IMG/VR virus record: IMGVR_UViG_3300048575_000218
Location: 1-32,633 of that record
Strand: one strand, 5' to 3'
Length of the DNA stretch: 32,633 nt
DNA from: a virus
Taxonomy: Duplodnaviria > Caudoviricetes
Shown here: piece after piece, positions 8,922-16,885 of the stretch
Position numbering within the stretch: the first letter of the stretch is position 1
Layout: every line of letters starts with the position of its first letter
Notes under the pieces: model-generated
The model's input: only the letters and a program-made list of their open reading frames with translations
Told to the model about the DNA's origin: nothing
Database searches by the model: none
Program-made: the position numbers and the translations under genes

Positions 8922-10158
8922 CGCAGTGTCGCTGCCGTTCCGCGAGCAGATCGAGTTCCTGCGTCGCAAGCTCAACCTGCCCACCGAGGGCTGGACGGAT
9001 GTGTACGGCCGCGAGCATGACTGGGCTTTCGTGGTCGCAGGCGCCAACCGTAGCGATCTGGTGGCCGACTTCCGCCAGGCCGTGCAGCGGGCTATCGAGG
9101 AAGGTCGCACCCTGGCTGACTTCCGCCGCGACTTCGACACGATCGTGGCCAAGTACGGCTGGAGCTATAACGGCGGCCGCAACTGGCGCTCGCGGGTGAT
9201 CTACGACACCAACCTGCAGAGCAGCTACATGGCTGGCCGGTACGAGCAGCTGATGGCGGTGCGCGAGCAGCGGCCGTTCTGGCAGTACATCCATAGTGAT
9301 GCCGTGGAGTTCCCGCGGCCGGAGCACCAGGCATGGAACGGGATGATCCTGCGCTGGGATGATCCCTGGTGGCAGTATCACTTCCCGGTCAACGCCTGGG
9401 GCTGCCAGTGCAGCGTGCGGGCGCTGAGCTATGACGACCTGGTGCGCATGGGCAAAACCGGGCCAGATACCGCGCCGCCAATCGTCTGGGAAGAACGCAC
9501 CATCGGCCAGCGCAGCGCCAATGGTCCGCGCACGGTGATGGTCCCGCAGGGGATTGACCCCAGTTTCGAGTACACCCCTGGCCGGGCCAGGCTGGAGAGC
9601 GCGGTACCGCGCCCGCGACCCGATGAAGAGCTGATCCCGGCGACCGCGCCTGGCCTGCCCAACCGCCTGGCCGGCGACCCATTGCCCGCGCCCAGGGCGA
9701 TGTCGGCTGACCGCCTACTGCCGGATAGCCTGACCGACGAGGCCTACGCCAGCAGCTACCTGGCCGAGTTCGGCGCCACCCTGGACCGTCCTGCGGTATT
9801 CCGTGATGTGCTGGGCGAGCGGTTGGTGATGGGCAAAGCGCTTTTCATTGAGCGCAAGAGTGGCGAGCTGAAGGCCAACAAGAACGGGCGAGGCCGCTGG
9901 CTGCGCCTGCTCGCCGATGCTCTGAAAGCCCCTGATGAGGTATGGACGCGCTTGGAGTGGCTGGGCGCTGTTGGCCAGGCAGTGGTGCGCAGGCGCTATG
10001 TGGCACGATTCATGGTGGAGGGTTCGCAGGTACCCGCCGTGGCGGTGTTCGAGGTTGGCATCGATGGCTGGGTGGGCGTAACGACGTTTCCGCCTCACCA
10101 GGACGAGTACCTGGAGACAGTGCGCCAGGGTGTCAGGCTTTATCGCAGGCAAGACTAA
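8911..10158 (+). CDS. MuF (Mu gp30) minor head protein with C-terminal BECR/PBECR-like extension
   Basis: MuF motifs RVIYDTN, RPEHQAW and FPVNAWGCQCSV; Pro-rich linker, then a ~150-aa domain with LADALKAPDEVW...RRRYVARF...GVTTF. Confidence 0.88.
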   Translation: MAVSAVSLPFREQIEFLRRKLNLPTEGWTDVYGREHDWAFVVAGANRSDLVADFRQAVQRAIEEGRTLADFRRDFDTIVAKYGWSYNGGRNWRSRVIYDTNLQSSYMAGRYEQLMAVREQRPFWQYIHSDAVEFPRPEHQAWNGMILRWDDPWWQYHFPVNAWGCQCSVRALSYDDLVRMGKTGPDTAPPIVWEERTIGQRSANGPRTVMVPQGIDPSFEYTPGRARLESAVPRPRPDEELIPATAPGLPNRLAGDPLPAPRAMSADRLLPDSLTDEAYASSYLAEFGATLDRPAVFRDVLGERLVMGKALFIERKSGELKANKNGRGRWLRLLADALKAPDEVWTRLEWLGAVGQAVVRRRYVARFMVEGSQVPAVAVFEVGIDGWVGVTTFPPHQDEYLETVRQGVRLYRRQD

Positions 10159-10234
10159 ACCCGGCGCTGCCACACCGGGTTTCCTGCGAGTGTAGGGTCG
10201 GAGGCCCTGGCAGGGGCTCTCTCACTCGATCAGG
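10157..10234 (+). ncRNA. Candidate structured RNA: two hairpins with complementary loops (kissing loop / pseudoknot)
   Basis: Stem AAACCCGG/CCGGGTTT with loop CTGCCA (10167-10172); second stem CCTG-CGAGTG...GCCC/GGGC...CACTCG-CAGG with loop TGGCAG (10208-10213). Confidence 0.6.
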
Positions 10235-10258
10235 TTGTTTTCAGTATAGGAGCAGAAA

Positions 10259-10822
10259 ATGGCCGGGGCCACACTGGAGTTCGACAGCACTGCCGCATTG
10301 GCGGTGATCAACGAGGCTGCCCAGGCCATGGGTAATCCCGAGCCCATGCTGCGTGACATGGGTGAGTATCTGATGATCGCGCATGATGCTCGCTTCGCCA
10401 GCCAGACATCGCCCGATGGCACGCCCTGGGCGCCGCTCTCTCCGCGCTACAAGCGCCGCAAGCGCAAGAACCAGGACAAGATCCTGCAGCTCGACGGATA
10501 TCTGGCCAATACTCTGCGCTACCAGGTTGGCGGCAACGAGCTGGTGTTCGGTAGCAACCGCCCCTACGCGGCTATCCAGCATTTCGGTGGCGAGATCCAG
10601 TTTGCCGCCCGCAGCCAGCAGACATACTTCCGCCAGGGCAAGGATGGCGAGGTGGGCAATCGGTTCGTCAAACGCCGGGCCAGCAACTTCGCCCAATGGG
10701 TGAGCATGGGGCCGTACAGCATTCGCATCCCTGCAAGGCCATTCCTGGGGACCAGCCAGGACGATGACTACGCCCTGGTCGGAATCGCCATGAAATACCT
10801 CCTTTCTGCGGCGAGCGCCTGA
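10259..10822 (+). CDS. Virion morphogenesis protein (Mu gpG/gp31-like)
   Basis: RFxxQTSPDGTPWAPLS, GSNRPYAAIQHFGG and IPARPFLG motifs; AGGAG RBS. Confidence 0.93.
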   Translation: MAGATLEFDSTAALAVINEAAQAMGNPEPMLRDMGEYLMIAHDARFASQTSPDGTPWAPLSPRYKRRKRKNQDKILQLDGYLANTLRYQVGGNELVFGSNRPYAAIQHFGGEIQFAARSQQTYFRQGKDGEVGNRFVKRRASNFAQWVSMGPYSIRIPARPFLGTSQDDDYALVGIAMKYLLSAASA

Positions 10823-10906
10823 GAGGCCCTGTAAGGCGTTTTGCGGGGTTTACCCGCCACGGATGCCCCAGCAGGTAGTGGAACAAAGCTCTATGCGCGC
10901 GATTTC

Positions 10907-10920
10907 GCGTTTATAAACGC
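10907..10920. repeat. Perfect 14-bp palindrome GCGTTTATAAACGC in the G-I intergenic region (candidate strong gyrase site region)
   Basis: Palindrome read directly; position matches that of the Mu SGS between G and I. Confidence 0.5.
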
Positions 10921-10970
10921 AACCGCGCGTGCCCCTCAGGCCGAGATTCGCCTAATCCCCCGATTTAAGT

Positions 10971-11014
10971 TTTTGCCGCGTCCAAAAGACTCTCGCGCGA
11001 CATCGCCCGACCAT
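10971..11014 (+). promoter_or_regulatory. Late-type promoter for the head operon (PI-equivalent)
   Basis: TTTTGCCGCGTCCAAA (10971-10986), 22-nt spacer, GACCAT (11009-11014). Confidence 0.7.
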
Positions 11015-11020
11015 GGGCGC

Positions 11021-12124
11021 ATGAAAACGAAACGCCGCCCCCTCGCTGTTGCACTCGCCGCCTGCAGTTACTCGCTGGGCTCGGTTGCTGCCGACAACAC
11101 CATCTGGCTGCAGGTGACTCCGGCCGGCCACTTCACCCCGTCCGATGGCCGCGAGATGAAGGTGCCGTCCTGGTACATCGATGCCACCGTGGCTGAGAAG
11201 GTGATCGCCCGCTTCAGCGCTCGCCACAACAAGCGGGTGCTGGACTATGAGCACCAGACGCTGCTCAAGGAAAAGAACGGTCAGCCAGCCCCGGCCGCCG
11301 GTTGGCTTCAAGAGCTGGCCTGGCGTGAGGGCCAGGGCCTGTTCGCCAAGGCCAAGCTGACCGCCCGCGCTGCCGAGTACATCGGCAACGAGGAGTACCT
11401 CTATTTCTCCCCAGTCTTCCTCTATCACCCCACGACCGGCGAAGTGCTGGACGTGCAGATGGGGGCGCTCACCAACGATCCGGCAATCGACAACATGGAG
11501 GAACTCAGCCTCCGTGCTGCCGCTTCGTTCGGGATCGATCTTGAAACCGAAGAGGAAAACCCCGTGAACAAACTGCTGCTGGCGATCTGCGCCGCCCTCG
11601 GCCTGGCCGAGACCACCACCGAAGAGCAGGCGATCGCCGCGCTCTCCGCCCACAACAGCGATCTGCGCAAGCTCCTGGGCCTGGATGACAAGGTCGGCAG
11701 TGAGGCCGTCCTGGCTGCCTGCACCGGTCTGAAAGCCAAGGCTGCCAGCGCCACCGCGCCGGACCCGGCGCAATTCGTCCCGGTTGCGGTCGTCGAGGGG
11801 CTGAAGGACGACATCGCCGCCCTGACCGCCCGCCTGGGGGATCGTGACCAGAAGGACCTGGAAGCCGAGATTAACGCTGCCCTCGGCGACGGCCGTCTGC
11901 ACACGTCCATGGAGGGCTGGGCGCGTGACCTCGGCAAGTCCAACCGCGCCGCCCTGACTGCCTACCTGGAAAAGGCCGAGCCGCTCGCTGCTCTGCTGGG
12001 CAGCCAGACCCACGGCAAGCCTCCGGTACCGGACGATAAAACCGGCCTCACCTCCGAGGAACTGGCGGTTTGCTCGCAGATGGGCCTGACCGCCGACCAA
12101 TTCAAAGCCGCGAAGGAGGCCTGA
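11021..12124 (+). CDS. Head maturation protease (Mu gpI-like)
   Basis: LDYEHQT, PAPAAGW, YLYFSPVF and ALTNDPAI motifs; start at MKTKRRP. Confidence 0.93.
   Translation: MKTKRRPLAVALAACSYSLGSVAADNTIWLQVTPAGHFTPSDGREMKVPSWYIDATVAEKVIARFSARHNKRVLDYEHQTLLKEKNGQPAPAAGWLQELAWREGQGLFAKAKLTARAAEYIGNEEYLYFSPVFLYHPTTGEVLDVQMGALTNDPAIDNMEELSLRAAASFGIDLETEEENPVNKLLLAICAALGLAETTTEEQAIAALSAHNSDLRKLLGLDDKVGSEAVLAACTGLKAKAASATAPDPAQFVPVAVVEGLKDDIAALTARLGDRDQKDLEAEINAALGDGRLHTSMEGWARDLGKSNRAALTAYLEKAEPLAALLGSQTHGKPPVPDDKTGLTSEELAVCSQMGLTADQFKAAKEA
11564..12124 (+). CDS. Scaffold protein (Mu gpZ-like), in-frame internal start in the protease gene
   Basis: GAGG RBS before an in-frame GTG (codon 182) just after the protease domain; Mu I/Z arrangement. 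Confidence 0.65.
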   Translation: MNKLLLAICAALGLAETTTEEQAIAALSAHNSDLRKLLGLDDKVGSEAVLAACTGLKAKAASATAPDPAQFVPVAVVEGLKDDIAALTARLGDRDQKDLEAEINAALGDGRLHTSMEGWARDLGKSNRAALTAYLEKAEPLAALLGSQTHGKPPVPDDKTGLTSEELAVCSQMGLTADQFKAAKEA

Positions 12125-12128
12125 CGCC

Positions 12129-12536
12129 ATGGCCGCGCTCACCAAGGATCGCAACACCAAGCGCCGTGACGCCAAGGTCTTCAGTGACCCGGTAGCGGCT
12201 ACCACCAAGATCTACGCCGGCTCGCTGGTCTGTATCAACGCCTCGGGTTACGCGGTGCCGGGTAGCACCTCCACCACCCTCAAGGCCCGCGGCGTCGCCC
12301 AGGAGCAGGTGGACAACTCCACCGGTGCTGCTGGTGAAAAGCGTGTCGACACCAACCGGGGCTGTTTCCCGTTCGCCAACAGCACCTCCGCCGACGAGAT
12401 CACCCGCGCCGATATCGGCGCCACGGCCTACATCGTCGATGACCAGACCGTTGCCAAGACCAATGGCACCAACACCCGATCGGCCGCTGGCGTTATCCGC
12501 GATGTGGATAGCGATGGCGTCTGGGTCGAGATCTAA
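12129..12536 (+). CDS. Head-associated (decoration/cement-like) protein
   Basis: Between protease and capsid genes; MAALTKDRNT...GVWVEI, beta-rich. Confidence 0.7.
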   Translation: MAALTKDRNTKRRDAKVFSDPVAATTKIYAGSLVCINASGYAVPGSTSTTLKARGVAQEQVDNSTGAAGEKRVDTNRGCFPFANSTSADEITRADIGATAYIVDDQTVAKTNGTNTRSAAGVIRDVDSDGVWVEI

Positions 12537-12551
12537 AGGAGCGAGACTCAG

Positions 12552-13445
12552 ATGATCATCAACAAAGCCAACCTGGCGATTCTTCACACCGGCTATAAGG
12601 CTGCCTTCGCCGCCGCGTTCAGCGGTGCTGCGATCGACTACGACCAACTGGTACTGGAGGTGAAGTCCGGTACCGCCATCGAAACCTACGGCTGGCTCGG
12701 TGCTACGACCCGCTTCCGTGAGTGGATCGGTGATCGCGTGGTGCAGAACCTCGGCGTTCACGACTACTCGATCAAGAACAAGTCGTTCGAGAACACCGTG
12801 GGCGTACCTCGCGAAGCGATCGAGGACGACCAGTACGGCATTTACACCCCGCTGATGTCCCAGCTGGGCCAGGACGCCAAGGAACACCCGGCCGAGCTGG
12901 TGTATGCCCTGCTGAAGGCTGGTTTTGCCAGCAAGTGCTACGACGGCCAGTACTTCTTTGACACCGACCATCCGGTGATCGGTGCCAACGGCCAGGAATC
13001 CTCGGTGAGCAACTTCCAGGGCGGCAGCGGCACGCCGTGGTACCTGCTGGATACCACCCGCATGATCCGCCCGCTGATCCTGCAGAAGCGCAAGCCGTAC
13101 AACTTCGTGGCGAAGACCGCCGAGACCGACGACAACGTGTTCGACCGCAAGGAATACGTCTGGGGTGTGGATGCGCGCCTGAACGTCGGCTACGGCCTCT
13201 GGCAGCTGGCCTACGCCAGCAAGGAAGCCCTCGACGCCACCAGCTTTGGCGAGGCGTATGCCGAAATGCAGAGCCTCAAGGGCGACAACGGCCGCCCGCT
13301 CGGCATCCGGCCGAAGTTGCTGGTAGTGCCGCCGAGCCTGCGCGAGAAAGCCCTGGAAGTGGTCAAGGCCGAACGCAACGCCGCCGGCGCCACCAACATC
13401 AACCGCGACGTGGTGGACGTGCTCGTCACCCCGTGGCTGGCCTGA
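12552..13445 (+). CDS. Major capsid protein (Mu gpT-like)
   Basis: YGWLG, REWIGDR, IEDDQYGIY, CYDGQYFFDTDHPV and GYGLWQLAY motifs. Confidence 0.96.
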   Translation: MIINKANLAILHTGYKAAFAAAFSGAAIDYDQLVLEVKSGTAIETYGWLGATTRFREWIGDRVVQNLGVHDYSIKNKSFENTVGVPREAIEDDQYGIYTPLMSQLGQDAKEHPAELVYALLKAGFASKCYDGQYFFDTDHPVIGANGQESSVSNFQGGSGTPWYLLDTTRMIRPLILQKRKPYNFVAKTAETDDNVFDRKEYVWGVDARLNVGYGLWQLAYASKEALDATSFGEAYAEMQSLKGDNGRPLGIRPKLLVVPPSLREKALEVVKAERNAAGATNINRDVVDVLVTPWLA

Positions 13446-13457
13446 TGGAGGTGAACC

Positions 13458-14030
13458 ATGGCTAAACGCGCTGCACAGCCCAAGCCCCCAGCTGCAGGCA
13501 AGGACGCCGCTCAACCGGCTGCCACTGCACCCGCCGAACAGCTGGCCCCCCAGCCGGCGGGCTCTACCCAGGACGGTGCTCCGACGCCGGCCGACAGCGC
13601 GGGAGTGGCGGCTGCGGCCGCTGCTCTCTCCGAGCCCATCGCGAGCGAGACGCCGCCCTCGGGCGAAACCCCGGCCGAGGATGGTGCCGGTACCGGGCAG
13701 GATGCCCTCCTTAATACTACTGAGCCTGTAGCAACCACCGAAACCACGGCACCTGCAGCGCCTGCTGAGCCGCTGCCGTATCCGGATGGCGTAGAGCCTG
13801 GCGCTGATCCGCTGGCGAATGCTCTGGATAAGCTGCAGGACGACGGCGAAGTCGAGGGCCTGTGGATCACCGCCATCCCCGAGGAAGGTTTCCGCCGTTG
13901 CGGCTACCGCTTTACCCGCGAGGGTTTCGGTATTGCTCTGTCGGCGCTGACCTACGGGCAGATCGAGCAGCTGGTGAACGAGCCGATGCTCAAGGTTGGG
14001 CAAGGCATGTTCTCGGGCTTGGTGGAGTAA
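13458..14030 (+). CDS. Mu gp35/HI1506-like protein with long disordered N-terminus
   Basis: C-terminal ITAxxEEGFRRCG...QIEQLVNEPMLKV; N-terminal ~130 aa rich in Ala/Pro/Thr/Glu. Confidence 0.75.
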   Translation: MAKRAAQPKPPAAGKDAAQPAATAPAEQLAPQPAGSTQDGAPTPADSAGVAAAAAALSEPIASETPPSGETPAEDGAGTGQDALLNTTEPVATTETTAPAAPAEPLPYPDGVEPGADPLANALDKLQDDGEVEGLWITAIPEEGFRRCGYRFTREGFGIALSALTYGQIEQLVNEPMLKVGQGMFSGLVE

Positions 14031-14034
14031 CCCC

Positions 14035-14553
14035 ATGCAGTACATCACCGCCACCGACCTGGCCGAGCGCCCTGGGGCACGCGAACTGTCCCAGGTGGCT
14101 ACGGCCGCCCACCTGAAGCCGGTTGCCTGGGAGCTGATGGAGGCCACCCTGCGTGGTGGCGATCGCAGCACCTGGACGGCCGACCAGGTGGCGGGGGCGG
14201 ATGATGCGCTGCGCCGAATTGAAGACGCCGTTGCCCAGGCGGAAAGCCTGATTGACGGCTTCCTGGCCAAGCGCGGCTACAGCCTGCCGCTGAGCCCGGT
14301 GCCCGAGCTGGTGACCGGTTGGACCCGCGATATCACCCGCTACTACCTACACAAGGACCGTAGCGGCAAGGAAGAGACGGACCCGATCGTGCGGGCTTAC
14401 CGGGACGCGCTGAAGTTCCTGCAGCTGATCGCCGACGGCAAGTTCTCCCTGGGCGGCAATGACCCTGTGGCCACCAGCCCGAGCGCGATCGATGTGCGCT
14501 TCGAGGCAGATGACAACGTGTTCAGTCGCGAGCAGCTGAGGGTCTTCCGGTGA
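14035..14553 (+). CDS. Head-tail adaptor (Mu gp36/DUF1320-like)
   Basis: MQYIT, IDGFL..RGYSLPL, DITRYYL and YRDALKFL..IADGK motifs. Confidence 0.9.
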   Translation: MQYITATDLAERPGARELSQVATAAHLKPVAWELMEATLRGGDRSTWTADQVAGADDALRRIEDAVAQAESLIDGFLAKRGYSLPLSPVPELVTGWTRDITRYYLHKDRSGKEETDPIVRAYRDALKFLQLIADGKFSLGGNDPVATSPSAIDVRFEADDNVFSREQLRVFR

Positions 14554-14990
14554 GTTCGGCGCCATTCCCGATCGCTCCGGTGATTGCTCGCCTGCAGGAC
14601 CTGGTGCCGAGCTTCCAGTTGGTCCAGGGCGCCGCCGAGTACTCCAGGATCAAGAGCTTCAGCGAGTTCCGGCCTGACAGCGCCTACGTGCTGCTGGCCC
14701 GTGAGCGTGGCGACGCCGAAGGCCCGAAGACCGGCCGCCAACGCGCCGTGGTGACTTTCGGCGTGGTGATTGCCGTGCAGAACTACCGCGACATCACCGG
14801 CGGTGAGTCCCTGGAGGAGATCAGCCCGCTGATCGGCCAGGCCCGCGACGCAATCATGGGTTGGACGCCGCCAGTGAACGGCGGCCGGCCCTGCTGGTGG
14901 CTGCAGGGCGATGTTCTCGACTACGACGAGGACACGCTGCTGTGGGCCGACGTGTTCCAAACCCAACACTTCATAGGTGCAACCCCATGA
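14550..14990 (+). CDS. Tail terminator-like protein (gp37-type)
   Basis: Position after gp36; FGVVIAV and AIMGWTP motifs; GTGA overlap. Confidence 0.75.
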   Translation: MSSAPFPIAPVIARLQDLVPSFQLVQGAAEYSRIKSFSEFRPDSAYVLLARERGDAEGPKTGRQRAVVTFGVVIAVQNYRDITGGESLEEISPLIGQARDAIMGWTPPVNGGRPCWWLQGDVLDYDEDTLLWADVFQTQHFIGATP

Positions 14991-15157
14991 GCAAGACCGA
15001 GGCCAAGGCCGAGCAGAAGCTGGAAACCGTGACCCTCCTGAAGCCGCACACCCATGGTGGTGTCGACTGCGCCAAGGGCGACGAGATCCAGGTCAACGAG
15101 GCCGACAAGGCCTGGCTGATCGCCAATGAAATCATCGCGGCTCCGGCCGCCAAGTGA
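14987..15157 (+). CDS. Small phage protein (56 aa)
   Basis: ATGA overlap; VTLLKPHTHGG...GDEIQV...AWLI. Confidence 0.75.
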   Translation: MSKTEAKAEQKLETVTLLKPHTHGGVDCAKGDEIQVNEADKAWLIANEIIAAPAAK

Positions 15158-15168
15158 GGGACTGACAG

Positions 15169-15918
15169 ATGAGCCTCTTTTCCTTCCAGGGTAAGTTCTT
15201 CGCCGGCAACCGCCTTCCCAACGGCAAGCTGGAGAAGCCCGTGTGGGCCGGCAACGTGCCCTCCATGACGCTGCAGCTGGCCACCGACAGCACCAACAAG
15301 ACCGAGAGCTTCAGCGGCAACCGCCTGCAGTACGGTCGCCTGCAGCGCGGCAAGACCGCCACCCTCAATGTCACTTTCGACGAGTTTCTGCCGCAGAACA
15401 TCGCCCTGGCCGTCTGGGCCTCGGTGCTGGACGTGGCTGGTGGCAGCGTGACCGGTGAGGTGTTCCCGAGCGGCCTGGTGGCTGGCGACCGGGTAAAGCT
15501 GGATCACCCCTTCGTCTCGGCCCTGACCATCACCGACAGCGCGGGTACTCCGGCGACGCTGCCACCGGCCAACTACGAGCTGGAGTCGGCAAATGCGGGC
15601 CTGATCGAGCTGCTCAACCCCGGTGCTCTGGTGCAGCCGTTCAAGGCGGCGTACACCTACGCCAGCCGGCAGAGCTTCACCATGTTCACCGCGGCGCCGC
15701 CGGAGCGTTACATCCTGCTCGATGGCATCAACACCGAAAACAACGAGCCGGTGATCGTCACGCTGTACCGCTGCAAGTTCGACCCGGTAAGCGAGCTGGC
15801 CTTCATCAACGACGAGTATGGCAACTTCGCCCTGACCGGCAGCGTGCTGTACGACGTGGTGAACGCCGCCAACGCTAACCTGGGCGGCTTCGGCCGGATC
15901 GACCAGAAGGCGGTCTGA
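15169..15918 (+). CDS. Major tail (tube) protein
   Basis: Position before chaperone and tape measure; ESFSGNRL and DGINT motifs; no sheath gene in the module. Confidence 0.85.
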   Translation: MSLFSFQGKFFAGNRLPNGKLEKPVWAGNVPSMTLQLATDSTNKTESFSGNRLQYGRLQRGKTATLNVTFDEFLPQNIALAVWASVLDVAGGSVTGEVFPSGLVAGDRVKLDHPFVSALTITDSAGTPATLPPANYELESANAGLIELLNPGALVQPFKAAYTYASRQSFTMFTAAPPERYILLDGINTENNEPVIVTLYRCKFDPVSELAFINDEYGNFALTGSVLYDVVNAANANLGGFGRIDQKAV

Positions 15919-15920
15919 CC

Positions 15921-16418
15921 ATGGCGCAGAAGGCCGGAGCCAGAAAGAAGCCAGAAGCGCCCGACAAGGGCGCCGACGATCTGCAGACGCTGCACCCCGA
16001 GCGCTTGGCGACCATCGCCGGGCGCCAGGTCACGGTGCGGGAGTACGGATTCATCGAGGGGCTTGGCCTTCGTCCGAAGGCTCAGCCGCTGCTCGATGAC
16101 CTCTACGCGCAGATCGCCGAAGGCCATATCCCTGAGCTGGAGGAGATCCTGGTGCTGCTTGGTCAGCATCATCTGCTGATCCAGGAGCTGGTTGCTGTGG
16201 CTGCGGATGTTGAGCCGCAGTGGGTTGCCAGCCTCAACCAGGACCAGGGCTACCAGCTGCTGATGATGTGGTGGGGGGCCAACGGCCCTTTTTATGTGCG
16301 CAGCGCGTTCAACCGGGTGGTGGCCAAAAAGTCCGCCGCGGCGGCGCGCGCTGGGCTGACGTCTACGCCACCCTCACCGCCGCCGGTTATGGAACCCCCG
16401 AGCACATCGGGCGAATGA
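15921..16418 (+). CDS. Tail assembly chaperone (G-like)
   Basis: Between tube and tape measure; VTVREYGFIEGL and WWGANGPFY motifs. Confidence 0.8.
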   Translation: MAQKAGARKKPEAPDKGADDLQTLHPERLATIAGRQVTVREYGFIEGLGLRPKAQPLLDDLYAQIAEGHIPELEEILVLLGQHHLLIQELVAVAADVEPQWVASLNQDQGYQLLMMWWGANGPFYVRSAFNRVVAKKSAAAARAGLTSTPPSPPPVMEPPSTSGE

Positions 16419-16558
16419 CTCAGCGCCAGATCTTGCTGCACTACGAGGCCGAGCTGCGCCGCCAGCGGCGCGAGCGGGCCGATCGCCTGGTGGACATCAA
16501 TCTGGCTTTCGCCGGCGGGAAAGAGGCCGAGCAGCATCTGAAGGAGTTGCTGAAGTGA
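16325..16558 (+). CDS. -1 frameshift extension of the tail chaperone (GT-like)
   Basis: Slippery C-AAA-AAG at 16325-16331; the -1 frame reads WADVYATLTAAGY...IGRMTQRQILLHYEA. Confidence 0.65.
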   Translation, partial: QKVRRGGARWADVYATLTAAGYGTPEHIGRMTQRQILLHYEAELRRQRRERADRLVDINLAFAGGKEAEQHLKELLK

Positions 16559-16812
16559 GCGAGCAGCTGTTCGACCTGGACGAGGAAGAGCGGGCCCTCT
16601 TGTACGCCCACCGGCAGCGCAAGCAGCAGGAGCGAGACCGCCTCGCTCTGCGGCTGAAATTGCTGGACCTGGCCCACCGGTATGAGGCCTGGCTTCAGGA
16701 GAATGGACGCGGGAGCAGCTTCTCGTCCTTCGTCAATGAGTTCGGTTGCTCAGAGCCTGAGGGCAACAAGCTGTATCAGCAGGTGCAGGCCATTCGTGCC
16801 CTGCTGCAGTAG
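16555..16812 (+). CDS. Hypothetical protein (85 aa)
   Basis: AAGGAG RBS, GTGA overlap with the preceding stop, helical sequence. Confidence 0.75.
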   Translation: MSEQLFDLDEEERALLYAHRQRKQQERDRLALRLKLLDLAHRYEAWLQENGRGSSFSSFVNEFGCSEPEGNKLYQQVQAIRALLQ

Positions 16813-16863
16813 ATAGAAAGAGCGCCCAGCCACGTTGCTGCGGTCGCTGCAGCAACTCCATGT

Positions 16864-16885
16864 AGCCGCCTAAGCGGCTTATTTT
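16864..16885 (+). terminator. Probable intrinsic terminator
   Basis: AGCCGC-CTAA-GCGGCT followed by TATTTT; another hairpin GTTGCTGC...GCAGCAAC lies at 16834-16856. Confidence 0.6.

Noticed and set aside
10157-10234. tRNA or simple terminator interpretation of the post-MuF structure
   Set aside because: No cloverleaf, T-loop or CCA; the U-tracts are short or interrupted and do not explain the loop complementarity, although a terminator role is not excluded
10841-11020. N-terminal extension of the protease ORF from TTG 10841
   Set aside because: Runs through the palindrome and promoter motif; ATG 11021 fits the family N-terminus
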